A stretch of DNA of 63,127 nucleotides, filler included, from Chiloscyllium plagiosum (taxonomy: Eukaryota): NCBI RefSeq assembly GCF_004010195.1. It is 6 parts of one record of this genome, joined end to end, with 100 filler letters (N's around TTAATTAATTAA, not from the genome) between each part and the next. Parts side by side here need not be neighbours in the genome. Positions count along the whole stretch, not along the records: positions 51,896 to 58,410 come from NC_057716.1; positions 58,511 to 63,127 come from NC_057716.1; 4 more parts are not named here. One strand, given 5' to 3'. The notes below the pieces were generated by a model, which made no database searches, was not told where the DNA came from, and saw nothing but the letters and a program-made list of their open reading frames with translations. Below, in pieces: positions 51,796-63,127 of this stretch (positions are counted from its first letter, which is position 1; each line of letters opens with the position of its first letter). Position numbers and translations under genes: made by a program.

Positions 51796-52299
51796 NNNNN
51801 NNNNNNNNNNNNNNNNNNNNNNNNNNNNNNNNNNNNNNNTTAATTAATTAANNNNNNNNNNNNNNNNNNNNNNNNNNNNNNNNNNNNNNNNNNNNCGCCC
51901 TCTCTCTGTCTGTTTCTCTCACCTCCACAGTTTCCCTGAAGTTCTACATAGGGCTGTACCCCCCCCCAGATAATCTCTCTAACATTGTCCTGTACAGGGC
52001 AGAGGTGAAACCTGTCAAAATGTTGTCTGTGTGCGTGTGCTATTTGGAGACTTACCCCACAAAGGCAGCAGCAGCGGTCCTATTGTTGGTATCCAGTCCG
52101 GCTGCCCTGGAGGGGGTGGCAGATGGGAGTTGGGTCAGACGTAGGAGGGGCGGGGGCACAGACGGGGATCGGACGGTGGGTGGGGATGGTTGGGGGAGGC
52201 AGGGTCTCATGCACAGTGCTGCTGCTGCTTGGTCTCCTGAACGGGGAGCAGACTTTACAGAAAACTCCGAGCCCCAGAAAGAATCAATTACCCAAATGA

Positions 52300-52344
52300 G
52301 ATAGTGCCTGCCCATCTCGTTCGGATAATCGAGGTTCCTCTGTA
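52300..52344 (-). mobile_element. Terminal inverted repeat end of a Tigger/pogo-like (Tc1-mariner) DNA element
   Basis: Reverse complement TA-CAGAGGAACCTCGATTATCCGAACG; the partner TIR is not visible and may be in gap 51796-51895. Confidence 0.55.
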
Positions 52345-52940
52345 TTCTGCATTCAAATTCACGCTTTTCCAGGTTGAATTCCATCTGCCAGTTCTCAGCC
52401 CAGTTCTGCATCCTGTCAATATCCCATTGCAACCAACAACAACCCTCCACACTATCCACCACTCCACCAACCTTCGTGTCATCGGCAAACGTAAGAACCC
52501 ACACTTTCACTTTCTCATCCAAGTCATTAATAAAAATCACAAAGAGCAGAGGTCCTGGGCTGATCCCTGCAGAACATCACTGGTCACCGAGCTCCAGGCC
52601 GAATACGCTCAATCTACCACCACCCTCTGTCTTCTATGGGCTGGCAAAGTCTGTATCCAGACAGACAGGTTTCCATGTATCCCATGCCTCCTTACTTTCT
52701 GAATGAGCTTACCATGGGGAACCTTATCAAATGCCTTGTTAAAATCCATGTACACCCCATCCATTGCTGTACCATCGTCAACATGTTTTATCACAGCCTC
52801 TCAAAGCCATGCTGACTATCTCTAATCAACCTATGGTTTTTCAAGTAATCATAAATTCTGTCTTTCAGAATCCTCTCTAATACTTTACCCATCACAGACA
52901 TGACTGGTCTGTGATTCCCAGAATTATTCCTATTCCCTTC
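52345..52940 (-). mobile_element. CR1 RT fragment
   Basis: FADDTK, DFNKAFDKVPH. Confidence 0.85.
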
Positions 52941-53302
52941 ATTGACTGGTGTATTCCATGTCCCCCCTCGTAAGGAGATGTGTGTATAGAGAATGGTATC
53001 TCTCAGGTAGAGTGAGAACGGAGATATCTGTTCCCTGGTCTCTGTCAGTTCCCCCTCTGTCCCTCTTTCTCAGGGATATGTCTGTACATTGACTGGTGTC
53101 TCTCAGTCTACTCTCCCTGGGGAACTACTGTGTGCAGCATGGAGTCACGTTCATAGTTCAGCCCATCAAGTCAACATTGTTGACAGTAATTGAAGTATTC
53201 AGGGTGTGAGACCCTGATTGAATGTTGCACTTGCGTTTCCTGTGTGTAAATTGGGCTGCCTGAGGCAGTGGTGGGATCTGTGTTCTTCATTGAAGTTCCT
53301 CA

Positions 53303-53324
53303 TTTTACCTTAACTGCTTGGCAC
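53303..53324 (+). promoter_or_regulatory. U12-type branch site and AC 3' splice site
   Basis: TTTTACCTTAAC at 53303-53314, then TGCTTGGCAC immediately before the ATG9A homology resumes. Confidence 0.75.
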
Positions 53325-53389
53325 GTCTATCACTTGCATCAGAAGAATGGCTTCCTCTGTATGCTGCTATCCGAGATGTTTGAATTGGT
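53325..53389 (+). CDS. ATG9A: ATG9A coding exon (65 nt)
   Basis: VYHLHQKNGFLCMLLSEMFEL(V) vs human VYNLHQKNGFTCMLIGEIFELM; donor GTAGGT. Confidence 0.92.
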
Positions 53390-53459
53390 GTAGGTATTCT
53401 TAGTATTAACTACATTTTGGTATTAATCTATATCCAGCACTAGATATTCATCTAGATCC

Positions 53460-53950
53460 ATCTGTATCTAACTTCAAGCTGTTCCTACCCTGGAGTGAGA
53501 CAATGTAGAGGGAGCTTTACTCTGTATCTAACCCTGCGCTGCCCCTAACCTGGGGGTGTTTGATGGGGGGACAGTGTAGAGGGAGCTTTACTCTGTATCT
53601 AACCCTGCGCTGCCCCTGTCCTGGGGGTGTTTGATGGGGGGACAGTGTAGAGGGAGCTTTACTCTGTATCTAACCCTGTCCTGTCCCTGCCCTGGGAGTG
53701 TTTGGGGACAGTGTCAATGGAGCTTTGCTTCCAGTAGAAAAGAGTAGAGGGAGCTTTATTCGAAGTAACATCTTGCTGTCTCTGTCTTGTGAGTGTTTAA
53801 TAGAGACCGTGTAGAAGAGCTTTACTTCCAGCATATTAGAGTAGAGGGTGCTGTACTCTGTGTCTAACCCCAGGCTGTCCCTGTTCTGAGAGTGTTTGGT
53901 GGGGACAGTGATGATGGAACTAAATACTTACAATTTAAAAGTGTAGAGGA
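53460..53950. repeat. ~70-bp dispersed satellite-like repeat array; opposite orientation at ~14360-14485, 16082-16150, 28900-29010, 33706-33930
   Basis: Recurring GTGTAGAGGGAGCTTTACTCTGTATCTAACCC..CTGTCCCTG.CCTGGG.GTGTTTGATGGGG.ACA. Confidence 0.85.
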
Positions 53951-54038
53951 AGCTTTCATCTTTATTGAACCCATGTTGTATGTGCATGTGGATTCCTGGT
54001 TGATAGTAATCTCTCTCTCTCTGGCTCGATTTCTGCAG

Positions 54039-54200
54039 GCAGTTTGTCTTTGTCGTGACTTTCACCACGTTCTTGGTCAGTTGTGTTGACTACGACATCC
54101 TTTTCGCTAACAAGCTGGTGAACAATACTCATCGTGAAAGCCAGCTGATGAAAGTGACACTGCCAGATGCCTTTCTGCCCCCATGTGTCTGCACTGCTCA
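54039..54200 (+). CDS. ATG9A: ATG9A coding exon (162 nt)
   Basis: QFVFVVTFTTFLVSCVDYDILFANK..KVTLPDAFLP; ttctgcAG / GTAAGG. Confidence 0.96.
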
Positions 54201-54962
54201 GTAAGGATTGTGGAGGAGGGGGGATTGGGGCAGACTGACATGTTTGGTCGATCTAGTCATAGTTCAAAGGAAAGTCGGTTTTATTCCCTCACTGACATTA
54301 GCGACCTAGTTGGCTTTTTATATCTTCAATGTTTTTCAATGTTACAATTTATATATTCGTAGAATTACACTGAATTTCCAGGATGGAAACAGGCCTTTCC
54401 TCCAACAAGTCAGTGCTGGCAATCTCTGCTCCTTATGAAGCTTTTCCAACCCTCCTCCATTTAACCCCATCACCCTATCCTTCGATTCATTCATCCACGA
54501 GGTGTTTGTCCATTCCCTTGCAATGTATCTGCACTTCAGTAATTCCCTACAAAAGTGATTTGTGTATTTTGTAAATTCATTTCAAGATAATGTGGACCTT
54601 GCTGGTTTAGCAGCATGGATTTGCCAAGGTGGTAGTGAGCTGTGTTCTTGAACTACTGCAGCTCTGGGGGTGTTGCAACAGCTACAGTGCTGTTGGGCAG
54701 GGATGGAGAAAGTTCCGGGATTTGGACCCAGCACCAACGAATGTAGCCTTGGTGAATTTCTGCAAGGCATCTTTTGATGGTACACACTGCTGGCTATCTG
54801 ACTTTGGGGAAGGGGGTGAATGTGAATGGGGTAGGGGACATGGATGGGAGAGGTGGGGATTAGGAAGGGGGAAGGAGGCTGGGGAAGGCAGAGTTTGGTG
54901 GCTGGAGTGCCTGTAAATCCCATGGTGGGATTAGCTTTCACTTTATGGGTTCTACTTTTTAG

Positions 54963-55104
54963 GATCCGACAGAACGTGCTGATCATCTTCATCTTGCTGA
55001 TTGCTGGCGTCTTTTGGGTTCATCGGTTGGTGAAGTTCCTCTATAATGTCTGCTGTTACTGGGAGATTCGTGCATTTTACAAGAATGCTCTGAAGATACC
55101 GATG
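54963..55104 (+). CDS. ATG9A: ATG9A coding exon (142 nt)
   Basis: IRQNVLIIFILLIAGVFWVHRLVKFLYNVCCYWEIRAFYKNALKIPM; tttttAG / GTATGT. Confidence 0.96.
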
Positions 55105-56327
55105 GTATGTTCCTGCTCTCTGTATCTCTGCCCACCTCACTACTGTTCCCTTTCCTTGGGGTTAAAGTAAGAACAGCTGAGTGTGGAGATCCATTTTCTG
55201 GAGTTGGGTTTGACATGCGCACTTTTTGTGAGCTGGAACAGCTAACAATGAGCCAGCAATATTGATCAATTTACTGGGGTGTGAGGGTGGTTTAATGCAG
55301 CTTACACTAACCACCTGGGTTTTAAAAATGTGGGCTTGCATTTCCTGACCACCTTGAACCGCTGCAGACCACCTGCTGTGGGTAGACCCACAGTCTCCCT
55401 TAGGGAGGGAATTCCAGGATTCTGACCCAGTGACACTGAAGGAGCGGCGATATATTTCCAAGTCAGGACGGTGAGTGGCTTGAAGGGGAACTTGCAGGGG
55501 GTGGTGTTCCCATGTATCTGCTGCCCTTGTCCTTCTAGATGGAAGTGGGTGTGGGTTTGGTTATAGTACACACTGCTGCCACTGAGTGTCAGTGGTGGGT
55601 TTAGGGTGTAAGTTTAGAAGGTGGGGAGTGGTTAGTCACTGGCTGTTGATCAATGAGTATATTTTGTCGGAGATTTTTGTAAAGTGTTGTCGGAGGTTAT
55701 GATATTGCCCTGGTTAGTGCTGATGCACATAGTGATATTTGCTGACCCTGCCAGGATGCTGAACTGGTCAAGACTGGGTGAAGTCGTTTACTACTTCTCT
55801 CCGGCTGCAGCCTGTCTAATTATCAGCTGTAGAGGATAGACCACAGATGAATGTAAACAGAACTAACACTTGTGTTCACGACCACAGGAAGTAGTTGATG
55901 CTAAAACATTGAATGTATTCAAGGGGTGAATAGATCTAGTGCTTTGGGTGAATGGGATCAAGGGTTATGGGGAGAAAGCAGGATTAGGCTAATGAGTTGG
56001 ACAATCAGCCAAGATCAGGATGAATGGCAGAGCAGGCTCAAAGGGCCGAATGGCCGCCTCCTGCTCCTATCCTCTATGTTTCTATGTTGGATAATATGAG
56101 AGTCCATTATACTACAGCAATAAATGTGACTTGGGTTACTCGTCTAAAGACCCTCTGGAGCTTGACAGTCAGCCACTCCTTTTGGGAGAGGGTTTTGAGG
56201 GTGGGGGTGTTTAAGGGGTGGGTGTTGGAGCGTGAGTGTTGCAATTGGGTCTAACATGGTGTTCTTGTGGATGATATTGGGGTTAAGCTGTGGCAATGTG
56301 AGCTCATGTTGTGGTTCTGTGTTTCAG

Positions 56328-57076
56328 GCCCAGCTCCCGTACTGTAGCTGGCAAGAGGTGCAAGCACGGATCATCCACATTCAGAAAGAACATCAGATCT
56401 GCATCCACAAGAGGGAGCTGAGTGAACTGGATATCTACCATCGTATCCTGCGTTTCAAAAACTACATGGTGGCCATGATTAACAAATCTCTACTGCCAAT
56501 CCGTTTTCACGTTCCTATCCTGGGCGAGGTGGTTTTCTACACCAGGGGTTTGAAGTATAACTTTGAGCTGATCTTTCTGTGGGGTCCTGGCTCGCTGTTC
56601 CAGAATGAATGGAGTTTGAAGTCCGAGTATAAACGAGCAGGCAATCGCTTAGAGCTGGCACAGAAGCTCAGCACCCGGATCCTGTGGATTGGAATCACCA
56701 ACTTGCTCCTCTGCCCGATTATCCTGATCTGGCAGATTCTCTACGCTTTCTTCAGCTACACGGAGGTCATTAAACGGGAGCCTGGCAGCCTGGGAGCTCG
56801 GTGCTGGTCACTGTACGGACGGTGTTACCTCCGTCACTTCAATGAGCTGGACCATGAGCTACAGTCCAGGCTCAGCAAGGGCTATAAGGCTGCTTCCAAA
56901 TACATGAACTGCTTCCTGTCACCATTGCTCAGCGTCCTAGCTAAAAATGTGGCCTTCTTTGCTGGCTCTATCCTGGCTGTGCTCATCACTCTAACTGTGT
57001 ATGACGAAGATGTTCTGGCTGTAGAACATGTGCTGACCACAATCACACTGCTCGGCCTATGTGTTACTGTGTGTAG
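56328..57076 (+). CDS. ATG9A: ATG9A large coding exon (749 nt; APG9 domain)
   Basis: LPYCSWQEVQARI..ELDIYHRILRFKNY..REPGSLGARCWSLYGRCYLRHFNEL..YDEDVLAVEHVLT; tttcAG / GTGAGA. Confidence 0.98.
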
Positions 57077-57729
57077 GTGAGAATCCTGGGCTGAGGGCCA
57101 CTCAAAGGGACACTTTCCAGGAGCTGCTGGGAGGGAATATGGAGAGAGAAGGCCCAGAGGATCACTGAAGGAGAAATCTCTCAGCTCATCAGTTAGAAAT
57201 AAAACAAACTGCTGGAGAAGCTCCAGCAAAGCAGCAAAGCTTGTAACATCACTGACACAGAATCAGAGTTAATATTCTGAGCCTGCTCCACCATTCAACA
57301 CAATCATGGCTAATTACCCAAATAGTACTCTGTTCCTGCTTTCTCTCTATACCCTTTGTTCCCTTTGGCCCTTGGATGATCTAACTCCATCTTGAAACAT
57401 TCAGTGTTTTATCTTTAACCGCTTTCTGTGGGAGAGAATTCCACAGGCTCCCCACTCTCTGGGTGAAGACATTTCCCCTCATCCCAGTCCTGAATGGCCT
57501 CTCCCGTATCCTGACACTGTGACTATTGGTTCTGAACTCCCCAGTCATTGGCAATATCCTTCCTGTGTTTACCCAGTCTAGTTTTGCTAGAACTTTATAG
57601 GTTTCTGAGATTTCCCTGATTTGTCTAAACTCCAGTTACTGTAGTCCTATTTGATTCAGTCACTCTTCATATGTAAGTCCTGCTGGGTTGAGGGCTTCTG
57701 GTGCAGGCTATGGATTAATCACTGTGTGG

Positions 57730-57851
57730 GGGTCAGGTGCTGAGGGAGTGCCACACTGTTGGAGGGTCAGGTGCTGAGGGAGTGCCACACTGTTGGAGGG
57801 TCAGGTGCTGAGGGAGCGCCACACTGTCGGAGGGTCAGTGCTGAGGGAGTG
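57730..57851. repeat. 33/34-bp minisatellite of the 32850 family
   Basis: GGGTCAGGTGCTGAGGGAGTGCCACACTGTTGGA, about 3.5 copies. Confidence 0.9.
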
Positions 57852-57911
57852 CATAGTTTACTTTGCTGTTGATTTGTCTCTTGGTGATCTGAATCACCTG
57901 TCTGTTTCCAG

Positions 57912-58065
57912 ATGCTTTATTCCAGACAAACACATGGTGTTCTGCCCAGAGCAGTTACTCCGGGTCATTCTGTCCCACATCCACTATATGCCTGATCATT
58001 GGCAAGGGGCAGCCAATCGTTACGAGACCCGCGACGAATTCGCTCAGCTCTTTCAGTACAAAGCG
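57912..58065 (+). CDS. ATG9A: ATG9A coding exon (154 nt); later exons not seen in the window
   Basis: CFIPDKHMVFCPEQLLRVILSHIHYMPDHWQG..TRDEFAQLFQYKA; tttccAG / GTAAGG. Confidence 0.97.
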
Positions 58066-59427
58066 GTAAGGAGCCCATGGGGCAGGTGGGGAGTGTGGGC
58101 ACTGGGGGAGAGGAACTGGTGTGGTCCTGAGGTCACTGGGGAAGAGATGAGGTCAGTACAGGAATTGGCAGGGTCCTGTGCAGGGGGCAGGGTTTGGGCT
58201 TTCAGCGTGCTGAGGAGGAGGGCATGTGCGTGCAGGGTCTCAGGGAGGTCAGTGTAGCAGTTGGGGAATGCGGCTGATGGGTATCGTGTGTGGGAAGAGG
58301 TGTGTGTGGGTGCAGGGAGGGCTGTGCAGAGTGTGAGGGTGTCGGGAGAGGGGTGCCTGGGGGTTTCAGGGCCTGGGAATGCTGCAGGAGGAGAGTCTGG
58401 AGGTGCAGGGNNNNNNNNNNNNNNNNNNNNNNNNNNNNNNNNNNNNNNNNNNNNTTAATTAATTAANNNNNNNNNNNNNNNNNNNNNNNNNNNNNNNNNN
58501 NNNNNNNNNNGAGGGGACACAACTTTAAAGTGAGGGGAGATAGGTATAAGACAGAGATCAGAGGTAGTTTCTTTACTCAGAGAGTAGTAAGTGTATGGAA
58601 TGCTTTGCCTGCAACGGTAGTAGATTCGCCAAGTTTAAGCGCATTTAAGTCGTCATTGGACAGGCATGTGGGCGTACATGGAATAGTGTAGGTGGGATGG
58701 GCTTCAGATTAGTATGACAGGGCGGTGCAACATCGAGGGCCGAAGGGCCTGTACTGCGCTGTAATGTTCTACGTTCTATGTTCTATTCCTGAAGCCCTCC
58801 CTTTGACACCAGCCCTTTAGCCAGGTATTTGACTGGAATATCTTCCTAAATATCTAGCCTCGCTGACATATGGCACAGGAAGTGACCCTGAGATTACAAC
58901 CCTAGAAATCCTGCTTTTCACCTTCTGACCTAACTCCCTGAACTCCCCTTACAGGACCTCACCTCTCCCTCTGCCCATGTCTCTGGTACCAATAGGGACT
59001 ATAACCTCTGGCTGCACATCCGCCCCCTTCAGAATATTCTGTTCCTGCTCAGAGAGCCAGGCACCAGGGAGGGAGCACACCAGGCTGGAGTCTCAGTCAT
59101 GGTCACAGAAACACCTATCCGTGTCCCTGTCGATACAGTCCCCTATCACTCCTGCTCTCCTACACATAGAGCCCAGTCATGGTGTCACTGACCCTGCTGC
59201 TGCTTTTCCCTGAGAGGCCATCACCTCTCACAGTATCCGGGACAGTATAACCTGTGTGAGAGCGGAATGGCCACAGGGCAGTCCTGCCCCACCTGCCCAC
59301 ACTCACTCACCTTCCTGATGGTCACCCAACTCTGCTCTGTCCATTTGGCCCTGTCCTGGTTGTGTGACCACCTCCTGAACTGTGCTATCCATGACATTCC
59401 CAGGCTGATGGGTGCTCCATGGAGAGT

Positions 59428-59525
59428 TTCCTGATGAGGGGCTTTTGCCCGAAACGTCGATTTTCCTGCTCCTCGGATTGCTCCTTGCCTGCTGTGCTTT
59501 TCCAGCACCACTCTAATCTAGACTC
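59428..59525 (+). mobile_element. Short hammerhead-bearing element
   Basis: CTGATGA-G-GGGC-TTTT-GCCC-GAAACGTC at 59431-59458. Confidence 0.75.
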
Positions 59526-59965
59526 TTAATCACCTGCAGAGATTTCTTATTCAACTCTGCATTGTTTGTACGATGATTGATCTCTCTGATTATAAACTCT
59601 GGGCCTGTGTGCTTCTCCCTCACTTCACCCGACAAAGGGGCAGTGCTTCGAAAGCTTGTGATTTCAAATAAACCTGTTGGACTATAACCCGGTGTCGTGT
59701 GACTTCTGACTTCATTCAGTCGATAATCTGCCCCTCTGCTCTTGCTCCCAAAGTGGAAACCTCACATTTATCCACATCTGCCACGTATTTACCCACTCAC
59801 TCAGTCAAATCAAATCACATGAAGCATCTCTGCAACTTCCTCACAGCTCACCCTCCCTCTTCACTACTGGAGATATTACAATTGGTTCCTTCATCTGAGT
59901 CATGCATATATATTGTGAATAGCTAGGATCCAAATACTGATCCTGGCTGTACCACACTAGAAGGA

Positions 59966-60158
59966 GTGTAGCAAGTCAGACAGCATCCAGGGAACAGGAG
60001 AATCGACGTTTCGGGCATAAGCCCTTCTTCAGGCCATGAAGAAGGGCTTATGCCCGAAACGTCGATTCTCCTGTTCCCTGGATGCTGCCTGACCTGCTGC
60101 GCTTTTCCAGCAACACATTTTCAGCTGTGATCTCCAGCATCTGCAGACCTCACTTTCT
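59966..60158. mobile_element. Inverted-dimer hammerhead element
   Basis: Minus arm with intact CTGAAGA..GAAACGTC, plus arm with ATGAAGA..GAAACGTC; 14-bp TSD CCACACTAGAAGGA at 59952-59965 and 60159-60172. Confidence 0.82.
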
Positions 60159-61560
60159 CCACACTAGAAGGACAAGGGCAGCCGATACAGGGGAACACCA
60201 CCCCCTGCAAGTTCCCCTCTGAGCCCCTCACCGTCCTGACTTGGAAATATATCACCGTTCCTTCAGTGTCGCTGGGTCAGAATTCTGGAATTCCTGCCCT
60301 AAGGGTGCACTGGGTCTACCCACAGCACACGGGCTGTTCCAAATGAGAGGGAGGCAAAATCCAGGTAACTACTGGCTGATTAGCTTAACATCAATTGTTG
60401 GGAAAGCATTAGGATCAATTATTAAGGAAATAATAGTGGCATGTTTGGGAAATCAGAATCTAATCAAGTAGAGTCAGCGTGGTTTCATGAAAGGAAAACT
60501 GTGTCAGCCTAATCAATGAGGGTGGATGGAAGGGACCTGTAGCTGTGTTGTATATGGAATTCCCAAGTGCACTCAACTTCACAAAAGGTTCAGTTGTAAG
60601 AGCCCATGGTGTTGGAGGTGGTACATTTGCATGGATAGAGAATTGGCTCATGGGCAGGAAGCAGGAAGTGGGGATAAGGGTAGCTTTCTCAGGCTGCTGA
60701 CCTGTGATCAGTGGGTTCCACGGGGATCAGTGCTGGGACTGTACCTGTTTGCAATATGGGGCGATAGATATAGGACATTCGTCAGAGGTAGTTTCTTTAC
60801 TCAGAGAGTAGTAGGGGTGCGGAATGCCCTGCCTGCAACAGTAGTAGACTCACCAACTTTAAGGGCATTTAAATAGTCATTGGATAAACATATGAATGAA
60901 AATAGAATAGTGTAGGTTAGATGGGCTTCAGATTGGTTCCACAGGTTGGCACAACATCGAGGGCTGAAGGGCCTGTACTGCGCTGGAATGTTCTATGTTC
61001 TAATATATATTAAGTACTTGTAGGAAGGAAATGAATGTACTGTAAACAAAACAAAAATAGGAGAGACAAGCTGTGAATGGGATCTATACAGTTTACAGAG
61101 AGATATCAATAGGTTCCATTATTGAGCCAAACAGTTGGCAAATGGAGCATAATGTGGGAAAATGTGAAGTTGTTCACTTGGGGAGGGGGAACAAACGAAC
61201 AGGGTATTATTGAAATGGAGAAAGATGCAGAAAGCTACAGCATAAAGGGGCTTGGAGGAGCATGTACACTAAACACAGAAAGCTAGCACACAGGGGGCAG
61301 CAGGTAATCATGCACATCTTTGGACTGTGGGAGGCAACCGTAGCAAGCCCACGCAGAGACGGGGAGAATGTGCAAACTCCACACAGGCAGTTGCCTGAGG
61401 TTGGAATCGAACCTGAGGCAGCAGCACTAACCACTGTGCCACCAAGCCACCAACATCCTTGCACCCTCTTCAAAATTTACCTTCTGATCTGTTTTTGTGT
61501 TAGCAGAAGATTCAGAAACCACACATTGACTCCTTCACGCAAGTCATGGATATAACTTGC

Positions 61561-61865
61561 GGCATGGTGGCACAGTGGTTAGCACTGCTGCCTCACAGCG
61601 CCAGAGACACGGGTTCAATTCCCGCCTCAGGTGACTGACTGTGTGGAGTTTGCACGTTCTCCCCGTGGCTGCGTGGGTTTCCTCCGGGTGCTCTGGTTTC
61701 TTCCCACAGTCCAAAGATGTACAGGGTCAGGTGAATTGGCCACGATAAATTGCCCCATAGTGTTAGGTAAGGGGTAAACATATGGATGGGTTACGCTTCG
61801 GCAGGTCGGTGTGGACTTGTTGGGCCGAAGGGCCTGTTTCCACACTGTAATGTAATCTAATCTAA
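61561..61865 (+). mobile_element. HE1-type V-SINE
   Basis: Full consensus with AATCT tail. Confidence 0.88.
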
Positions 61866-62669
61866 TGAATTGTATGAGGGTTAGGGATAGGGATAAGCTG
61901 CCAGCACTGAACTCCATGGCAAACCAGTCGTGCCAAACTGACAAAGATCCATTTTTACCCACTCCCTGCCTCCGTTCAGCCTGACAATCTTCATACTGTG
62001 TCTGTATTCTATCCCCAACACCATCAGCTTCTATTTTCCTTCATAACCCTGACTGGGGCACTTCATCAAATGCCTTCTGGAAATCTATGCACAATACATC
62101 CACCAGATCCCCTTTATCCACAACACATGTTAGCTCTTGCAAGAACTCCAATAGATTGGTGAAATATAATTTCCCTTTCATTAAACTGTGAGATGGAAGC
62201 AGAGGTCTGGAATATTTTTAAGCAAGGGGGTGGAGGTTACCAGGGGTAGGTGAGAATGTGGAGTAACCAGATCAGCCATTAACGTACTGAACGAAGGAAC
62301 GCACTTCAGGGTCTGAGTTTGGATCTACTCTCCGCAGCAGTTACAGCTCACACCTGTCACTGTGTCACCCAAGGTGGGATGAGAGGCAATCTTGATAAGT
62401 GACCTCGTTGTAATGAGCAACTGAGAGGAGTAAAGAGAAGGAAACAGGAGGAAGGGTGTAGGGAAGACCATTCAGGCAATACAAGCCAGGGAGCTGAAGG
62501 CATGCCCCCCAGTGCTGCGGAGGCATCTGTCAGGCTGCACAGGAGTTCACAATGAGAGACACCTCAGGGGCTTGCAGGAGCTGGAGGTACTAGGACAGAA
62601 GGATGACAATACCAACACAGTTCAAACAAGAGAGTGAAAAGAGAATGTCGAGCCAGTCAGGCTAATTCA

Positions 62670-63127
62670 CTCCCACACACTCTGACTCTCACTGGGGTAC
62701 ACTCCCACACACACTGACCCTCACTGGGGTACACTCCCACACACACTGACTCTCACTGGGGTACACTCACATACACACTACCCTCACTGGGGTACACTCC
62801 CGCACACACTGACCCTCACTGGGGTACACTCACACACACACTGACCCTCACTGGGGTACACTCCCACACACTGACCCTCACTGGGGTACACTCCCCCACA
62901 CACTGACCCTCACTGCGGGACACTCCCCCACACACTGACCCTCACTGGGGTACACTCACACACACACTGACCCTCACTGGGGTACACTCCCCAACACACT
63001 GACCCTCACTGGGGTACACTCACACACACACTGACTTTCACTGGGGTACACTCACACACACACTGACCCTCACTGGGGTACACTCCCACACACTGACTCT
63101 CACTGGGGTACACTCCCACACACACTG
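62670..63127. repeat. ~30-32 bp minisatellite (CACTGACCCTCACTGGGGTACACTCCCACACA)n, continuing past the window end
   Basis: About 14 tandem units, varying mainly in the CA tract. Confidence 0.95.

Noticed and set aside
56232..56327. N-terminal extension of the 282-aa ORF (and flanks of ORFs 54844.. and 57793..)
   Set aside because: Intronic read-through outside canonical splice sites; no ATG9A homology

Overview
Eukaryotic, repeat-dense genomic DNA from a draft assembly with 7 N-gaps. The repeat families (HE1-type V-SINE, CR1/HER1-type LINE) point to an elasmobranch (shark); this is an inference. Two host genes lie head-to-head. ATG9A is on the + strand (6 coding exons, 36867-58065; a ~44-nt exon and the 3' exons are not visible). 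ANKZF1 is on the - strand (3 coding exons, 28620-29931). Between them is an orphan exon resembling exon 1 of shark GPR139-like GPCR genes, with 42-nt repeats encoding N-glycosylation sequons. One ATG9A exon is preceded by a U12-type branch site and an AC acceptor, and the ATG9A start exon carries two uORFs. The rest is mostly decayed CR1 LINEs, HE1 SINEs, solo LTRs, minisatellites and Penelope-like elements (PLEs). The most striking non-gene signal is a family of about ten 90-210 bp non-coding insertions. They carry a minimal hammerhead-ribozyme core, most have 10-15 bp target-site duplications, and some are inverted dimers. They share this architecture with the GIY-YIG Penelope elements in the same window, suggesting a retrozyme-like non-autonomous system. 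Most ORFs in the supplied track are retroelement fragments or spurious.
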